A stretch of 64,000 bases of DNA, from assembly GCA_013239625.1 (NCBI GenBank), contig MU054187.1, positions 15,454,941-15,518,940 on the forward strand. Reading direction: 5' to 3'. The notes under the pieces were generated by a model. That model saw only the letters and a program-made list of their open reading frames with translations, did no database searches and was not told the DNA's origin. Both the position numbers and the translations under genes were made by a program. Origin of the DNA: Lama guanicoe (lineage: Eukaryota). Positions 28,411 to 42,718 of the stretch are shown here, piece after piece. How positions within the stretch are numbered: the stretch's first letter is position 1; each line of letters starts with the position of its first letter.

Positions 28411-30939
28411 TACTTTATTTTGTTTACTGTCAGTCTTTCCCCATGATAACATGATTCACTTGAGGACAGAGATTCTCATTTTTTGGTTAAAAGCTATAAC
28501 CAGAAATACCATGAACATTCTGTCATGTAGAAATGCTCAGTACGTATTTATTGAATAGAATAAGTCTCAGTTTCTTCACTGCTAAAATGGAAGAGGAAAT
28601 AATTTGCTACATACATTGTAATTTAAAGTTATATCATAATTACTTTTTCCTATAATGGGGCACTTAATTTACTTCCAAAGTTTTAGGATGTGTGTCTGTG
28701 CATGAGCATATTTTGTGACATAAACCTTTAAATTCTATTTCAGGCGATTACCTGAATATAAACTAGTTGTGTAGAATTATTGCATCAGAATGAATCAATA
28801 TTTTAAGGCTCTTAATACTTGGAACAGAAAATAATTTCAAAAGTAATATATCAAGTTATGACCTCAAAATAGTGCATGAGAATATCTGTTTAACCATTCT
28901 CTCATCAGAAACGAGAACTCTCGTTTTTAAACATTTTTCTAGTGTTAGACAGTTTGATTTCACTGTCTCTAGTTATCTTTAATTATATAAGGTGACTGTG
29001 CAGTCTTATGAAGAGGTTTGCTGAGCTAACTCATGAGTTTTGACCACTGGATTTTTCAGACATAATCTCCAAATAGAGTGGCTGCTTTCTATGCATTGTA
29101 TGATGTATTGTGAGTGTTATAACACTTTTGAGTATTTTTTGTAAAGGTGGGGCATGCTCAGTACTTGAATAGGAATTAAACAACATGCTGTGGGAGAAGG
29201 AAAGGCCTAGGAGGATGGAAATGTGAGCTTTGATTTGGCTCTTAAATTAAGATCATAGTGGTAAAAATGTTCACTAGTTGACAAAAAGACTTTCTTGAAA
29301 GATAGAACAAGGATGTCAGATTAGGAGCAAGTTATAAAAGATTTAATTATTGGACTAAATATGTAGTTATTTTTTTTTTCAAAGCATAAATAACCATCAA
29401 AGTTACTTCATCACCAAGTGGATTTAATCATTCATGGTTTCCAAAACTAACTCTGGCAACACTATGTAGAGAGACACAGGGCTAATCACTGTTAAAGAGA
29501 TAGCCTGAATGTGTAGATGAAGTAGAGGAGATGGATTCAACATTCTAACCAAAGTTAAGACAGTCTTTTCTCTCTTAAAACAACCTACCCTTTATTCATG
29601 TGACAATATAAAAAAGAGACCCCCTGAGATGACTAGCTGCCCTTAATCTGCAAGATATTTATAGCAATATGCAAATATTTAATTCTTATATCACTTCACT
29701 ATAAAAGTTAAAAAGTATCCTGAAATTGTACCTGAAACAGAGTATAGAAAATGCATAATTTAAACTTTCTATCGCAACCTTATATTTTCTAACAAGTTAT
29801 GGCTTGTTCTAGGAACTCTATTCTCTCCTTTGATAACAACAACAGAAAACACTTCAAAATCTCACAATTATGTACTTTATAACATTTATATAAGAAGTCA
29901 TGTAGAGTACTTTCTTAGATTTTACCATTTATGTCATAAAATAACTTCTAATAAAATTTCCTAAATTTTCATATTTAAGAACCTTATCATTTTGGCCTGT
30001 TCTTTTTTCTGTATTTTGTCAGAGTAGATTTTGTGTATTCAACTGTTCGTGTAGTTAAAAGTGTATAATTAAAGAGGAGTAAATTTCAACAACTTGTCAT
30101 TTTGGGGGAAAATCATTTTTAAGTGAGTTTACTGTACATGACTGTATAAACATAAAAGTAGGATACAAAAACATATTTTGTTAGCTTGTAGGCTGGCCAC
30201 ACAGGTTGGCCTGCCTTAAATGACTGGAAAATAAAGGCTTCTTGTTTGGAACTGATCGACATTGGTTTGGGGCAGTAAACTCATTAGCAGCAGAATAGGC
30301 CTTACAGTTCGTCACCTAACTTGATTTGAAGTTTCCTCTGCTCCTTGATTTTAATCTCTTGGGAGGGTGCCTTTCTTTTTGCTGATATCCACGTCCCTTA
30401 CTCGAAAAGAGATGTGAATAAGGACATTTCTGTACTGCCTTTCAAATAAGGATTCCCATGAGTCTCATGTGAAGTACTCAAAGACATCTTTTATAGTGCA
30501 GGAAATGCAAGCAAATGGAGAGGTTAAGGAGATTGCTCAAGGACATTCAGCAAGCTGAGTCACGGCCAGGAATAGTAAACAGGCCCTCTCCCTCCAAGTC
30601 CTTGGCAAAGCTGCCAGATTTCAGCCCCTTTCTGATGTTTAGAGAAGGAGCCATGCTGGCATCATTCATTTCGGTTAATCTTGCTGCTTAAGAAAGCAAG
30701 CGTGTAACAATGGACTTTGAAAGGAAAATAAAGCCCAGAGCAGGAGGTATTACTAAACTTGAATTGATTTCTTACCTTTCTTTAATCTTTTCTCCTGTTC
30801 TCAAAAACAAAAGGTGAAAAGTTAGATCAAGAGACAGTTTGGAACGTGCAGGTGCAGGCAAGGCAGCAGCAGTAATGTTGCACTAGTGGTGTTATTTATG
30901 TTATTTAAATGAGTTCAGCATGTGTGTCTGAAAGGTTTG

Positions 30940-31840
30940 TCCTGTCCCAGGAACTACATGAAAGCTACAAACATAACTTAAACATTGTCCCTCTCTTTGA
31001 GGAGCTGACAGTTTATCAGGAGAGACAGACATAAAAACGCATATGTGGCAATAAAGTCTTATGCAGTCTTAATACTCAGGAGTGTGTAGAGCATAACAGA
31101 AGCTAAGAGAGTGGGTTCAGAATTTAAAATAAACCATGAGTCCCGGAAATACTCTCTTAGGGAAAGGATGCTTGGCATGAGCTTTGAAGGATTGTGATTA
31201 GAGCCAAACAAAGTCAGAAGGGGATAAATTGAGAGATTGAGATTTGCAGATACTAACTACTATATATCAAACAGATAAACAACAAGTTTGTACTGTATAG
31301 CACAGGGAACTATATTCAATATCTTGTAGTAACTTATGGTTAAAAGGAATATGAAAACGAATATATGTATGTTCCTCCTATATGACTGAAGTATTGTGCT
31401 CTACGCCAGAAATTGACACAACATTGTAAACTGACTATACTTCAATAAAAACATTAAAAAAAAGAAGAAAATCAGAAGGGAACATAAGCAAAAGGAGTAA
31501 TATTCATGATTGCAAAGAGATGTGAATTATTAATTTCATGCCAGGGATTATAGTTTAATAAACTGAGACTCTCTGAGTTATGAAAGCTGGAACAATAGAG
31601 GTAGGAAAGACTTTGTATGCCATGCTAAAGATCCTATTAAGATCCCTGTAGGAATGGGAGGCGGATGAGGCTTTGAACAGTCATATGGTATGATTTCCTT
31701 GTTAGATAGATTATCCTGGTTGCAGGGTGGAAGATGAGTTTAAAGAGGACAAACTTAAGTGGATAATGCAATAGTCAAGAAAAGTTTGGTGAGGCAGTAA
31801 CTAAGAAAATAGTAATCAGGATGATGAAGATTGAAAAGAT
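30940..31840. mobile_element. L2 remnant interrupted by a young L1 3' fragment
   Basis: ggagctgacagtttatcaggagagacagacat; gccatgctaaaga; gattatcctggttgcagggtggaag. Confidence 0.6.
31221..31467 (+). mobile_element. 5'-truncated camelid-type L1 3' UTR with A-tail and TSD
   Basis: gatttgcagatactaactac...cacagggaactatattcaatatcttg...gtaaactgactatacttcaataaaa; TSD AAA(G/A)TCAGAAGGG at 31210-31222 and 31468-31480. Confidence 0.9.
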
Positions 31841-31844
31841 ACAG

Positions 31845-33218
31845 ATGAATCTAGATATAGGTCTTATACCTTTAACAAGAATTAACTCAAAATGTATCAT
31901 AGATCAAAATGTAAAATGCATAACTATTAATGTCTAGAATATAACGTAGGAGAAAATCTAGGAGATCTTGGGTGTAATGATAACTTTTGTGATACAACAC
32001 TGTAGGCACAGCCTGCAAGAGAAGGGATTGATAAGCTGGACTTCATTAAAATAAAAAATTTTTTCTCTGTGAAAGACAATGTCAAGGGAGTGAGAAGAAA
32101 AGCCATAGAATAGGAGAAAATGTTTGCAAAAGACACATCTAATAAAGCCCTGTTATCCAAAATACATAAAGAACTCTTAAAATCCAACAGTAAGAAAATG
32201 AATAAACTCTTAAAAATGGGCCAGAGATCTGAACATCTCCAAGGAAGATATACAGATGACAAGGAGGCTTATGAAGAGATGTTCAACATCATGTTTCTTC
32301 AGGGCATTGCAAATCAGAACAACCATGAGACACTACTACACCCATATTAACAGATCCAAATTCATTAACACTAACACCACCAAATACTGGCAAGGATGTG
32401 GAGGAACAGAAACTCTCATTCATTGCAGGTGGGAATGCAAAATGGTACAGAGGCTAAGGACGACAGTTTGGGGGGGTTTCTTACAACACTAACATAATCT
32501 TAACAAACAATTTGGCAATTGTATTCCCTGGCATTTATCTAAAGGAGTTGAGAACTTAGGTTCACACAAAATCTGCACGCAGATATTTATAACACCTTTA
32601 TTTATAACTGCCAAAACTTGGAAGCAATCAGTATGCCCTTCAGTAAATGAATGGATAAATAAACTATGGTGCACTGAGACAGTGGAATATTATTCATCTC
32701 TAAAAGGAAATGAGCTATCAAGCCATGAAAAGACATGGAGGAACCTTAACTCTATATTGCGAAGTGAAAGAAGCCAATCTGGAAAGGTTACATACTGGAT
32801 GACTCCAACTATATGACATTCTGGAAAGGGGAACACTATGGAGACAGGAAAAAGATCAGTGGTTTCCAGAGATTAGTGGGGAAGGAGGGATGAGGAATCA
32901 TAGCTCAGGAGATGTTTTAGCGCAGTGAAACTTTTCTGTATAACACTACCGTGATGGACACATGACATTATTTGTCAAAACCCGTAGGATTTACAACACC
33001 AAAAGTGAGCCTTTGTGTAAACTATGGCCTGGGTTATAAGGATGTGTCAAGGGAGGTTCATACATTATAACAAATGTTCCACTGTGGTACAGAACGTGAC
33101 TAGTAGGGGAGATTGTGTGTGTTGACTGGGGGGAATTGGGTAATGGGAAATCCCTGTACTTTCTGCTCAATGTTTCTGTGAACCTGAAACTGGTCTAAAA
33201 ATAAAATTTATTAAAAAA
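31845..33218 (+). mobile_element. L1MC-like ORF2 C-terminus and 3' UTR
   Basis: ORF-track pieces (FAKDTSNKALLSKIHKELL; TLIHCRWECKMVQ) are L1 ORF2p; the 3' end matches L1MC (ctgtactttctgctcaa...gaacctgaaactg). Confidence 0.9.
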
Positions 33219-33999
33219 TCAGGTACAATTATAAGACCGTGAGGATCGGCTGACTACAGAGTGTGAGGAAAAGGGAGGAGTCTGTGTGTCCTCTGCTTTC
33301 TGACTTGGACAACTGAATAGACTCTGGTGCTCCCAACTTTACTAAGAATATAGGAATGAAAGTGTTGAGGAAGACGGCAAATTAAATTGGGACTTGTGAG
33401 ATCTTGCCATTGACTATATTCTTTAAGTAGTTCAAGAAAAGACTGAGCCTCAGAAATTATGCCAAAGCTGGAAATATTTTAAACTTCTAAGCGTGTAAAT
33501 GGAAGTTAAAATCTTGAGAGTAGAAGAAATAAGCAAGAAATGGGACTGAGGAAAAAGAATAGTGAACCAGGAATGAATCTTGAGATACACCTGAAATTAA
33601 GGTTCTGGCAGAAAAAGAAAGAAGTATGAAAGAGAGAAAGAAGGAATGGTGAGAGGAGTAGGTATGTAAATTATTCACTTAAATAACATAGTTATGTTTG
33701 TATAGTAACTTTTTTGGAATAATTCTCTTACTGGAAATTTTGCTAACATCTCATGTTGAACATAGGAGAGAGAGGTGTCAGTTCTTACAGTTTCTACAAG
33801 TCCTTTTTACCAATTAAGGAATGAGTAATTTCTTCATAATCTCCTTCACAGTTTTTATAATCTAGTGCTACCTTAAATGGTAGTTGTATCTTTTTTGTTT
33901 TCTGTGTCATCACTAAATTATTTTCATCTTTTCTAATTTTTTCCAGGTTCTTCTTTACATTACTTACCCATCTCATTCTCATTAGTACAAAGATTTCTG

Positions 34000-34970
34000 T
34001 ATCCAACTCTTTTGAAAATGTTCATCTACATATTCTACAACCTTTTCCTCCTGAGTGTTCGTCTCTGTTAATGGCAACATCGTTAATCCAATTATCAAAG
34101 TCAGAAACTAAGAAATCACCACTGGCCTTCCTTCTTCCTCAGTCCCCGACCAGCTCATCACCAAAGCCCATCACTTTTCCCTCCTACCTTTCATGTCTCT
34201 CCACTGTTTCCATTCGATCATTGCCTTTAGTTTAAGACATCATGTTTTCTTCTATAAGCTGTTACAGCCATTTTCTCATTCTGCCTTTAGTATTTCCCCT
34301 TATATAGTCTGTGATCAACACTGCACAAATTAGAGCATGTCATTACCACCTGCTTGAAACCTCCCATTTTCCTCCCTATTTCCGGCTCTTTCCATGGCAT
34401 ACATGGCTCTTCAAGACCTGGCTACTCTTACTCCTAAATTTGTAACTAGTTTCTCACCATATCCTGTGTTCCCACCACATTAAGGTACTTGCAGATCCTG
34501 AAGTAAAGTTTATTCTTTCTCTCTCTCCCTCTCTTTCTGTCTCTCCTGGACTTTCTATTCTATTTGCTTGTCATGCTCTTAGTTCTTTTTTACATCTTCC
34601 AGAGTGCGTGCGTGCACACACACACACACACACGCACACTAGTGGTGAATGGAAACACTGGTGCTCCTTTCCAAATTTTCTCTTTGGCAGTACTCATCGA
34701 TGTATCTCCTCATGAGACTCTCCATCTCAAAGTCTGTTTCCAGGCAGCTCAGTCTAAGATGCTCAGTTTGTCTTTTCATGTCAAGGTAGGAAGCCTAACC
34801 TTTGAGATACTTGAGAACCTATAATTAACCTTATCTGGTATTTACCAACTATAATGTAATTGTTTTGCTTACCAGTCAGTGACCAGCTTGAGGACAGACT
34901 TTGTCCCTAGTTATAGTATTGTCAATGTCTAGCAGTGGGGCACCTGAAAAGTCTTTCTGAATGAATGAAT
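34000..34970. mobile_element. L2 remnant with embedded CT/CA simple repeats
   Basis: Pyrimidine-rich L2 phrases ending tgaatgaatgaat. Confidence 0.55.
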
Positions 34971-36703
34971 AGTATGTCCAAGACTATTTAAATATTTGGT
35001 GGCTAAAGGGTGCCTAAAATGCAAATTTCTTGAGAACAAGAACCAGTGTACTTAACCAGCAAACCATACGGCACTGGTCACTCAGTAAAATATGGGAGAA
35101 AAAGCACTGGGAAATATTTGTTGCAATTTTTTCTATACCCTTATCAGATATTGCTGAATTTCAGAGATCTGAATTCTTGAAAAGAAACTAGAAATATATC
35201 TACAAAATTAAACATGAGAAAGATTATATTAGAGATCCTCCCTCTTTCAGAAAACTCATAATATATGATATTAATTAATTACAGAGGCAAATCATAGGTG
35301 GTATAAAGATATATTATAGTCCTGGAATGTTATAGCTATCATGCTGTATACAAGGAAATTGGAATAGATTTACTTTCAAGAAATACATACTTTCAAGCAT
35401 ACCGGCCATTATCCAAAATTGGATCTGAGCATGCCTTTAGAATTTCCTTTTACTTCAGGTCTACATATATGCAAACAGATATTTTTTAACTTATGTTGTT
35501 TGTCTAAGATCAGACAGGGGTCACTGATAATGAAAAGTTAAAATTCAAAGTTCTACATTTCCTTTCTGTTAGGCCACAAAATTATCACTACATTAAAAAA
35601 AAAAGTTCTGTAGGTTTTCTGCCTGAAAAATTAAGACAATAAGACACAAGAAAATTGCATGTCAGCATAAAAATAGTTGAGTAGAAATGAGGAATGTTGG
35701 GAGGAATGTGCTGAAAATGTTGTAGTAATTCAAACCGGGGAAAGGCCAGCTAAAATGACTGCCTGTATAAAGTACTTTCTATTCAAAATGTATGTCTTTG
35801 ACCAGTTTCTTATACATTATGTGATATTGCCTGACAACTTCAGTCACTGAGATGATTTGTATAATATGTGTACATGTACACAAAACTGTGTTTTTGTTTC
35901 ACTTTGACTAAGTTGCTGTTTTTATAGCCAGTTGATATTTATAGTTCTATTCATTTTCTCTATCTTTTATTTGAACATGATGTGTTTCTCAGAACCCGAG
36001 GCTCATTACCATGGCTCTGTGACTGAAATGATGCTTTAACATGAGACTTGCGTGTATGTTTTCAGTGCTCTGACATACCAGACTTGCATATACTGCTCTT
36101 ATTCATTGGTCTTCACCCTGAATAAACCCATTTTGAATGATTTTGAAGGAGATCTAGAGGTGGATTGAGAAACATATGTTGATAACAGTGACTTTAAATG
36201 ACCCATGTAGTTAAGCTATTAACAAAAAAGCTGGAAATACTATCTATGGTCATTCATTTACAGCCATTTTTGGAAACAATTACAGAACAATGAAACTTTG
36301 TTTAATCTGAACTGTTGGTTATATTTTGACAGCTGTTTTATTGTCCAGTGTCTAAGGACATGTTGATCTTCTCATTTCCCTTTTGGACATTATTTTCTAG
36401 CTGTCTTTTTAACTATCAGTTTTGTTGTAATATTATTGTTTCAAGTATGTAGGGCTATAGTGTAATTAATTTTTTAAAAAGTGATTTTTTTTTGTATTGG
36501 CCTCTTTATTTGGATAAATTTATGTAGGTATGCCAATAGTTAACTTAAAATACACTTGTTGGAATAAGTGAAATAGTTCACTGTTAGGCAGCATTGTGTT
36601 ATAAAAATTACTTGACATAATTGAGATTTAGGAAACTTTCCAATGCCCAATGGTGAATTAAAATGAACATTTAATTGTTAAATGATCTGGTGGTGCACCA
36701 AGG

Positions 36704-36891
36704 CAGTAGGTTTCAAAGTTTAATTCCCAGACCAACAGCATCAGCATCATTTGAGAAGTTGTTCAAGATGCAAATTCTCAAGACTCATCCCAGAACTACT
36801 GAATCAGAAACTCTGGGGCTGGGTCCCAGCTATCTGTGTTTGTGAAAAGCCCTTCAGGCGATTCAGATGCACGCTAAATTGAGAACCACTG
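36704..36891. mobile_element. MER5A (hAT-Charlie MITE)
   Basis: cagtaggtttcaaag...agcatcagcatca...atgcaaattctc...tactgaatcagaaactctgggg...gagaaccactg. Confidence 0.9.
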
Positions 36892-37099
36892 TCATAAGTT
36901 ATCCATCAGTATAAATCTGTGGAGGCTTTGAGAAATATATATCAGAATGAGGATAATTTACTTATGCTCACTACAATGCCATGCTGTCATGTTCACACTG
37001 AAACGCACTAGATACTTTTCTGCCTTGGTATTTTGTGTGTATGTGTGTGAAAAAATAATTTGAGCCATTCTGATGAGTTTTAACTATTTTTTATGAAAG

Positions 37100-37910
37100 A
37101 CGCAGTTTTTCCTTTGTCTTGGTAAATTGATCCTTTTGCCATTATACAGTGCACCTCTTTGTGTCTAATAATTTTCTTTCTTCTAAAGTCTACCTGAAAT
37201 CCATAGAGACAACTCCTCTTTTTCTCTTTTTGATTGTTTGCGTGGTACATTTTTTCCATCCTTTTACTTTCAGTCTATATATGTTGTATGTGAAGTGAGT
37301 TTCCTAAAGTCAGCGTACTTTTGAATTATATTTGTTGTTCTTTAATCCACTCTGCTAATGTCTGTTTTTCAACTGGCATAGATGATTTAGATTTAAGGAA
37401 ATTGTGTATATGCTAAGGTTTAAGTTTGCCCTTTGAATTGTTTTCTGTTTCTTCGTTTTTTTTTTTTTAATCATTCCTCTGTTTTCTCTCTGTTAACTTC
37501 TTATGGATTATTGGAATGTTCTTTAAGGATTCTATCCTGATGTATTTATAAAGTTTGAGTCTGTCTCTGTTGGTTTTCTTGGTGGTGGCTGTAAGCCTTA
37601 TGGCACACACTTTGCTGGTGCTGGTGCTTTGCGGCTTTGAGTGAAGTGTAGAAAACGTACTTCCATTAGGTCCTTTTATCCTCCTGAAACATTTCCTCTG
37701 CATCCATTGAGACCCATATCGGGTGGTACTATAATTTTGTTTCAACAATCAAGTATTATTTGAGAAACCCATGAGAAATAGGATAGTCTATTACATTTAG
37801 CCTGATGTTTAACATTCCTTTCTGCAGTTCCACGTCTTCTATTACCATTTCCTTTCTGTTCAGAGAATTTCTTTAAAGGCAGGCTTGCTAGCAGCAAATT
37901 CTCTTAGGGT
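37100..37910 (-). mobile_element. Old L1 antisense fragment
   Basis: aaattgatccttttgccattata...ttttccatccttttactttcagtcta. Confidence 0.7.
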
Positions 37911-38079
37911 TTTTTTTTTGGGGGGGGGGTTGGTTTACTTGTTCCCTTTTTCTTGTTTTTTAGAAATGAATTCGTGAGGAAGTTAGAAGTATGCCTTAAT
38001 ATTGATTCAGTAGCATTCAAAAGCTTTGTATTGATCTGAGACAAAAGATTTCAAAGCCAAATTTGAAAGTCATCTGAAG

Positions 38080-38285
38080 CCGCACTGGCTGGTTTCCAAA
38101 TCCCAGTTCTACCATTTACTAGCTGTGTGACTTTAGGCAAGTGATTTTATCTCTCTGTGCCTCAGTTTCCTGCTTTCAAAAGATACAAATGGTTCCTGCC
38201 TTGAAAGAATTACCTAAAAACACATATAAAGTACATAGAACAGTGGCTGGCAAGTGTGCAAAGTTAGTGTCAGTAATTGTTTTTA
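38080..38285 (+). mobile_element. MIR
   Basis: ttctaccatttactagctgtgtgactttaggcaagt...ctctctgtgcctcagtttcc. Confidence 0.85.
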
Positions 38286-38849
38286 CTAGTGATTAAGGAG
38301 CTAGACACTTGTCACCTCATCTGAATTATTCAGTTCCCTATGTTCTGATTCCAGGCTGACATAAAATTTTGCTTTACATGTAGAATTTGCAAATTATAGA
38401 TAGTGTACAAGTCATCTAGAAACAGATATTTCAAGGTAGTAGAATAATAATTATGAGAGCTTTGCTTCAATTCTCAGTTCACACCTCAATAGAACTTTGG
38501 CAAATTCCTTAACTTTTAAAGCCTGGTCATTTTTACCAGTAAGTAAATAAGATATGTTCATCTTTTCCAGTGATTGTAAGGATTAAGTGAAATAATGCAT
38601 GTAATCTACGTAGCCCAGAGGCTGGCACATGGTGGCCATTCAACAAATAGGCAGTCTTGTGCCTGTTGCTGTGGCTCAGGTAACAGTTATATTTGCCATC
38701 CTGGTTTAGGATTCTTACAGTTCTAAGTATTTTTAAATAAACTCCCCAAGCCCAGTCAATTCTGAGAAACAAGAAAGATCATTTTTTGACCTGCAAAGTT
38801 AAGAACCATATCACAGACTCTGGAATTTCTTTGGGTAAAATTCCACCAC

Positions 38850-39303
38850 GCCAGGTATTAATTCTCAGTACCATCTCACACTTCTAGACACCAGACACTT
38901 CCCTATCCTGCTGAAGATGAAAGATTTGAAACTAGACTCTACCAGCAGGATTGCAATTAGATTCCACTAGCAGGAGACCCTCACGTGAACCGAGGGAGTA
39001 GCCATTGCTCCCTGGCAGCACCTGCAGGCAGGCACTGTGGGGACTGGCAGGCAGTACATGGAGGGCGACTGCCCCAGCAGCTTCCACAGTCCTGCTGAGA
39101 ATCATTTTGGTCTCACAGTCAGCCATGGTGTCAATGGAAGCTTCTACGTGGTTTCTTCACTTCTGGATTTTCTGAAAGCAGCTTTCCTGATCTCATTTCC
39201 CTGGTTCTACCAGGGGTTTTGTAAGCCACAAATTTCCTGTTGTACTCTACAAATAAAGCACGCAGAGTGGCTCGTGCTATTGTGAATAAACCTATCTGAT
39301 ACA
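38850..39303 (+). mobile_element. ERVL solo LTR (LTR33-like)
   Basis: The 3' end ggttttgtaagcc...agagtggct...ctgataca resembles an LTR33/LTR16-class terminus. Confidence 0.5.
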
Positions 39304-39689
39304 ACCACCCGTGAGCCCTCTTGGTAGAGATTCTCATGATTATCTGACTGTACAGCTTTCACATAGTGATCCCCCAAACCACAATAATTCCAACACAGTA
39401 ACATTTCCACTAGCAACATGAACGTACTACTGTGGGGACAGAGCATGTTATTTTGAAGCTGGGAGCATCAGAGCTGCAGCCAGAGTGCCTACATACCTGT
39501 GTCTGCACCATCCTGACCTCCTTCTCATTTATGACAAGAGCAAGGCTGCTCTTCTTCCTAAGGCCAGTCCCTCCTGTACACTTTGTTGCACATACACCCT
39601 TGTGTTATCTAGAACCATTGGTTTTTAGTTATCTGTTCTTACCCTCGTGTTTATCAAATATTCTTTCTCAATGGTTCTTCCTACTACCT

Positions 39690-40612
39690 TTTATTTTTAA
39701 AGTATAACTTACATTCAATAAAATTTACGCAACATGTTTTGACAAACGCATAGAATCATGGAAACCACTACCATAACCAAGTGCAGAATATTTCCGTTAT
39801 CTCAGAGAGTTACCCTGCGTCCCTTTGCAGATGATTCGCTCCCCTTTGTCACCTCCGGAGAACCACTGGCCTTTCTTTCTGCCATGATAGTTTCCCTTTT
39901 ATACAATGTGTTGTCATTGGGCTCAAACAGTATGTAACCACTTTGTCTCACATCTTTCAGTTAGCATAATATTCTCAAGATTCTTTCATGTTGCCGTCTA
40001 TATCAGTATTTCCATTCTTTTAATTATATGAATATACTACACATTGTTTATCCATTCACTAGTCCATAGACATTTGGTTTGTTTCATGTTTTGGCTATTA
40101 AGGAAAAAGTTGCTATGAATACCTGGATACATGTCTCTGGGTGAATATATATTTCGGTATTTCATGATTAAATACCTAGAAATGTAATGGCTGGCTTGAT
40201 TATTAGTATATGTTTAACATTTTAAGAAAATGCTTAACTTTTCCAAAATTTTGCATTTTCACCAGCAATGTATGATAGTTCCAGCTACTCCACCAACATC
40301 GTCACCAACACTTAATTTTAGCCGATTTTAGTGCGTTTAGTGGAAACAGTTCCTCTGTTGATTTTCTCTGCCTTTTCATGTGCTTATCAGCCATTTTAAA
40401 TCTTTTTTAGTGAAGTGTCTGAATCAATGGCCTACTTTTGAGGCAGGGGGAGGAGGGGTTGTTTGTCATTTCATTGTTGTGCTCTACTAGTTTTATACAT
40501 ATTTTGGAAACAAGCTCTTTATCAGTATGTGTTTAGGAAATATTTTCTCTCAGTGGGTAGTTTATCTTTTCATTTTTTAAAGAATGTTTTTCAAAGAGAA
40601 GATTTTCATCCT
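39690..40612 (-). mobile_element. Old L1 3' end, antisense
   Basis: gtttatccattcact...gttgctatgaata...aaatacctagaaatgtaatggctgg. Confidence 0.8.
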
Positions 40613-41039
40613 GATGCCACTCCAGTCTGTAGCTGATCTGGAGCTGAGTTTTTTGTTGATTTAGTTCTCATGGGTAACCTGCAAGCCTCAAATTCTTCTA
40701 GTGGTGGACTGAAGCCACCTTGCTCTGAGTGTGAGGGCTGCAGTGCTGGAATGTGTTCCTCGTGTTTCTCCTCCACCCTCAGCTCTAAGTAGACTCTGAC
40801 ACCTGTGCCACACAGCAGTCTCTGCCATCTTGCCCCTCCCCCAGCAGCAGCTAGCTTACCTGTTATTTGGTTTCAGGCTCAAGATCCTTGCATGTGTGTA
40901 TTTCTTATGCGTGCACATGGCTTTACCCAGTGTCTGGCAAGTTGGTGGGATGAGGCAAGGTTTTCTGCCAGTTTCTTCTCCAGAGGCAGTGGACTTTTGC
41001 CTGTGATTGGGAGCCCATCTCCCAGTGGTCAAGGCCATT

Positions 41040-42718
41040 TCTTTTTGTTTTAAATTGATGTATAATTGGTTTACAATATTGTGTTAGTTTCAGGTATGCA
41101 GCAAAATGATTCAATTATATATATATATTTTTTTTTCAGATTATTTTCCATTACAGGTTATTACAAGATACTGAATATAGGTTCCTGTGCTATACACTAA
41201 ATCCTTGTTGCTCATCTATTTGATATATAGTAGTGTGTATATGTTAATCGCATACTCCTAATTTATCCCCCTTCTTTCCCCTTGGTAACCATAAGTTTGT
41301 TTTCTATATCTTTGAGTCTGTTTCTGTTTTATAAATTCATTTGTATTATTATTTTTTAGATTCAACATGTATGTGATGTCATACAATATTTATCTTTCTC
41401 TGTCTGACTTACCTTATTAGTATGATAATCTCTAAGTCTATCCATGTTGCTGTAGATGGCAATATTTCATTCTTTTTTATGGCTGAGTAATATTTCATTG
41501 TGTATATATTCCACATCTTCTTTATCCATTTATTTGTTGATGGACACTTAGGTTGCTTCCATGTCTTGGCTGTTATAAATAATGCTGCTATGAACATTGG
41601 GGTGCATGTATCTTTTTGAATTAGAGTTTTTGTCTTTTTCAGATATACATCCAGGAGTGGGATTGCTGGTTCATATGGTAACTCTATTTTTAGTTTTTTA
41701 AGGAATCCTCGTACTGTTTTCCATAGTGGCTGTACCAATTTACATTCCCATCAACAACATAAGAGAGTTCCCTTTCCTCCACACCCTCTCCAGCATTTAG
41801 TTTTTGTAGATTTTTTTGATGATAGTTGTTCTGATAGGTGAGAAGTGATAGTTCATTGTGGTTTTGATCAACATTTCTCTCATAATTAGTGATATTGAGC
41901 ATCCTCTCATGTGCCTGGTGGCCATCTGTATGTCTTATTTAAAGAAATGTCTATCTAAGTCTTCTGCCCATTTTTTGATTGGGTTGTTTGGTTTTTTAAA
42001 TAGTGAGTTTTATGAGCTGTTTGTATATTAAGCCTTTATTGATTGCATTGTTTGCAAATATTTTCTCCCATTCCTTAGGTTGTCTTTTGTTTTGTTTATG
42101 GTTTCTTCTGCTGTGCCAAAGGTTGTAAGTTTGATTAGATTCCGTTTATTTTTGCTTTTATTTTTCCCCTTGGGTGACTGATCCAGGAAAATATTGCTAT
42201 GATTTATGTCAGAGAATGTTTTGCCTATGTTCTCTTCCAGGAGTTTTGTGGTGTCCTGTCTTATATTTAAGTCTTTGAGTCATTTTGAGTTTATTTTTGT
42301 GTATGGTGTGAGGGAGTGTTCTGACTTCACTGATTTCCATGAGGGTACCCAGCTTTCCCAACACCACTTGCTGAAGAGACTGTCTTTTCTCCACTGTATA
42401 TTCTTGTCTCCTTTGTCACAGATTAGTTGAGCATAGGTGTGTGGGTTTATTTCTGGGTTCTCTAATCTGTTTCATTGATCTGTATGTCTGTTTTTATGCC
42501 AGTACTATGATGTTTTGATTACTGTAGCTTTGTAGTATTGTCTGGAGTCTGGGAGGGTTATGTCTCCAGGTTTGTTCTTTTTCCTCAGGATTGCATTGGC
42601 AAATCTGGGTCTTCTGTGGTTCCACCTAAATTTTGGGATAAATTGTTCTGGTTATATGAAGAATGTCGTGGGTAATTTGATAAGGATTGCTTTAAATATG
42701 TAGATTGCTTTGGGTAGT
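41040..42718 (-). mobile_element. Younger 5'-truncated L1 (ORF2 C-terminus + 3' UTR), inserted into an older L1 5' region (~40620-43260)
   Basis: ORF 41409-41738 ([28 protein letters not shown]...[10 protein letters not shown]) is the L1 ORF2p C-terminus; frameshifted. Confidence 0.92.

Noticed and set aside
36079..36117. Short minus-strand exon-like segment (ttcag...CTG|gtatgt)
   Set aside because: Stops in all three frames and a weak acceptor; not supportable without transcript data
41409..41738. 109-aa ORF and similar ORFs (32120, 32256, 46548) as host genes
   Set aside because: They are frameshifted L1 ORF2p fragments
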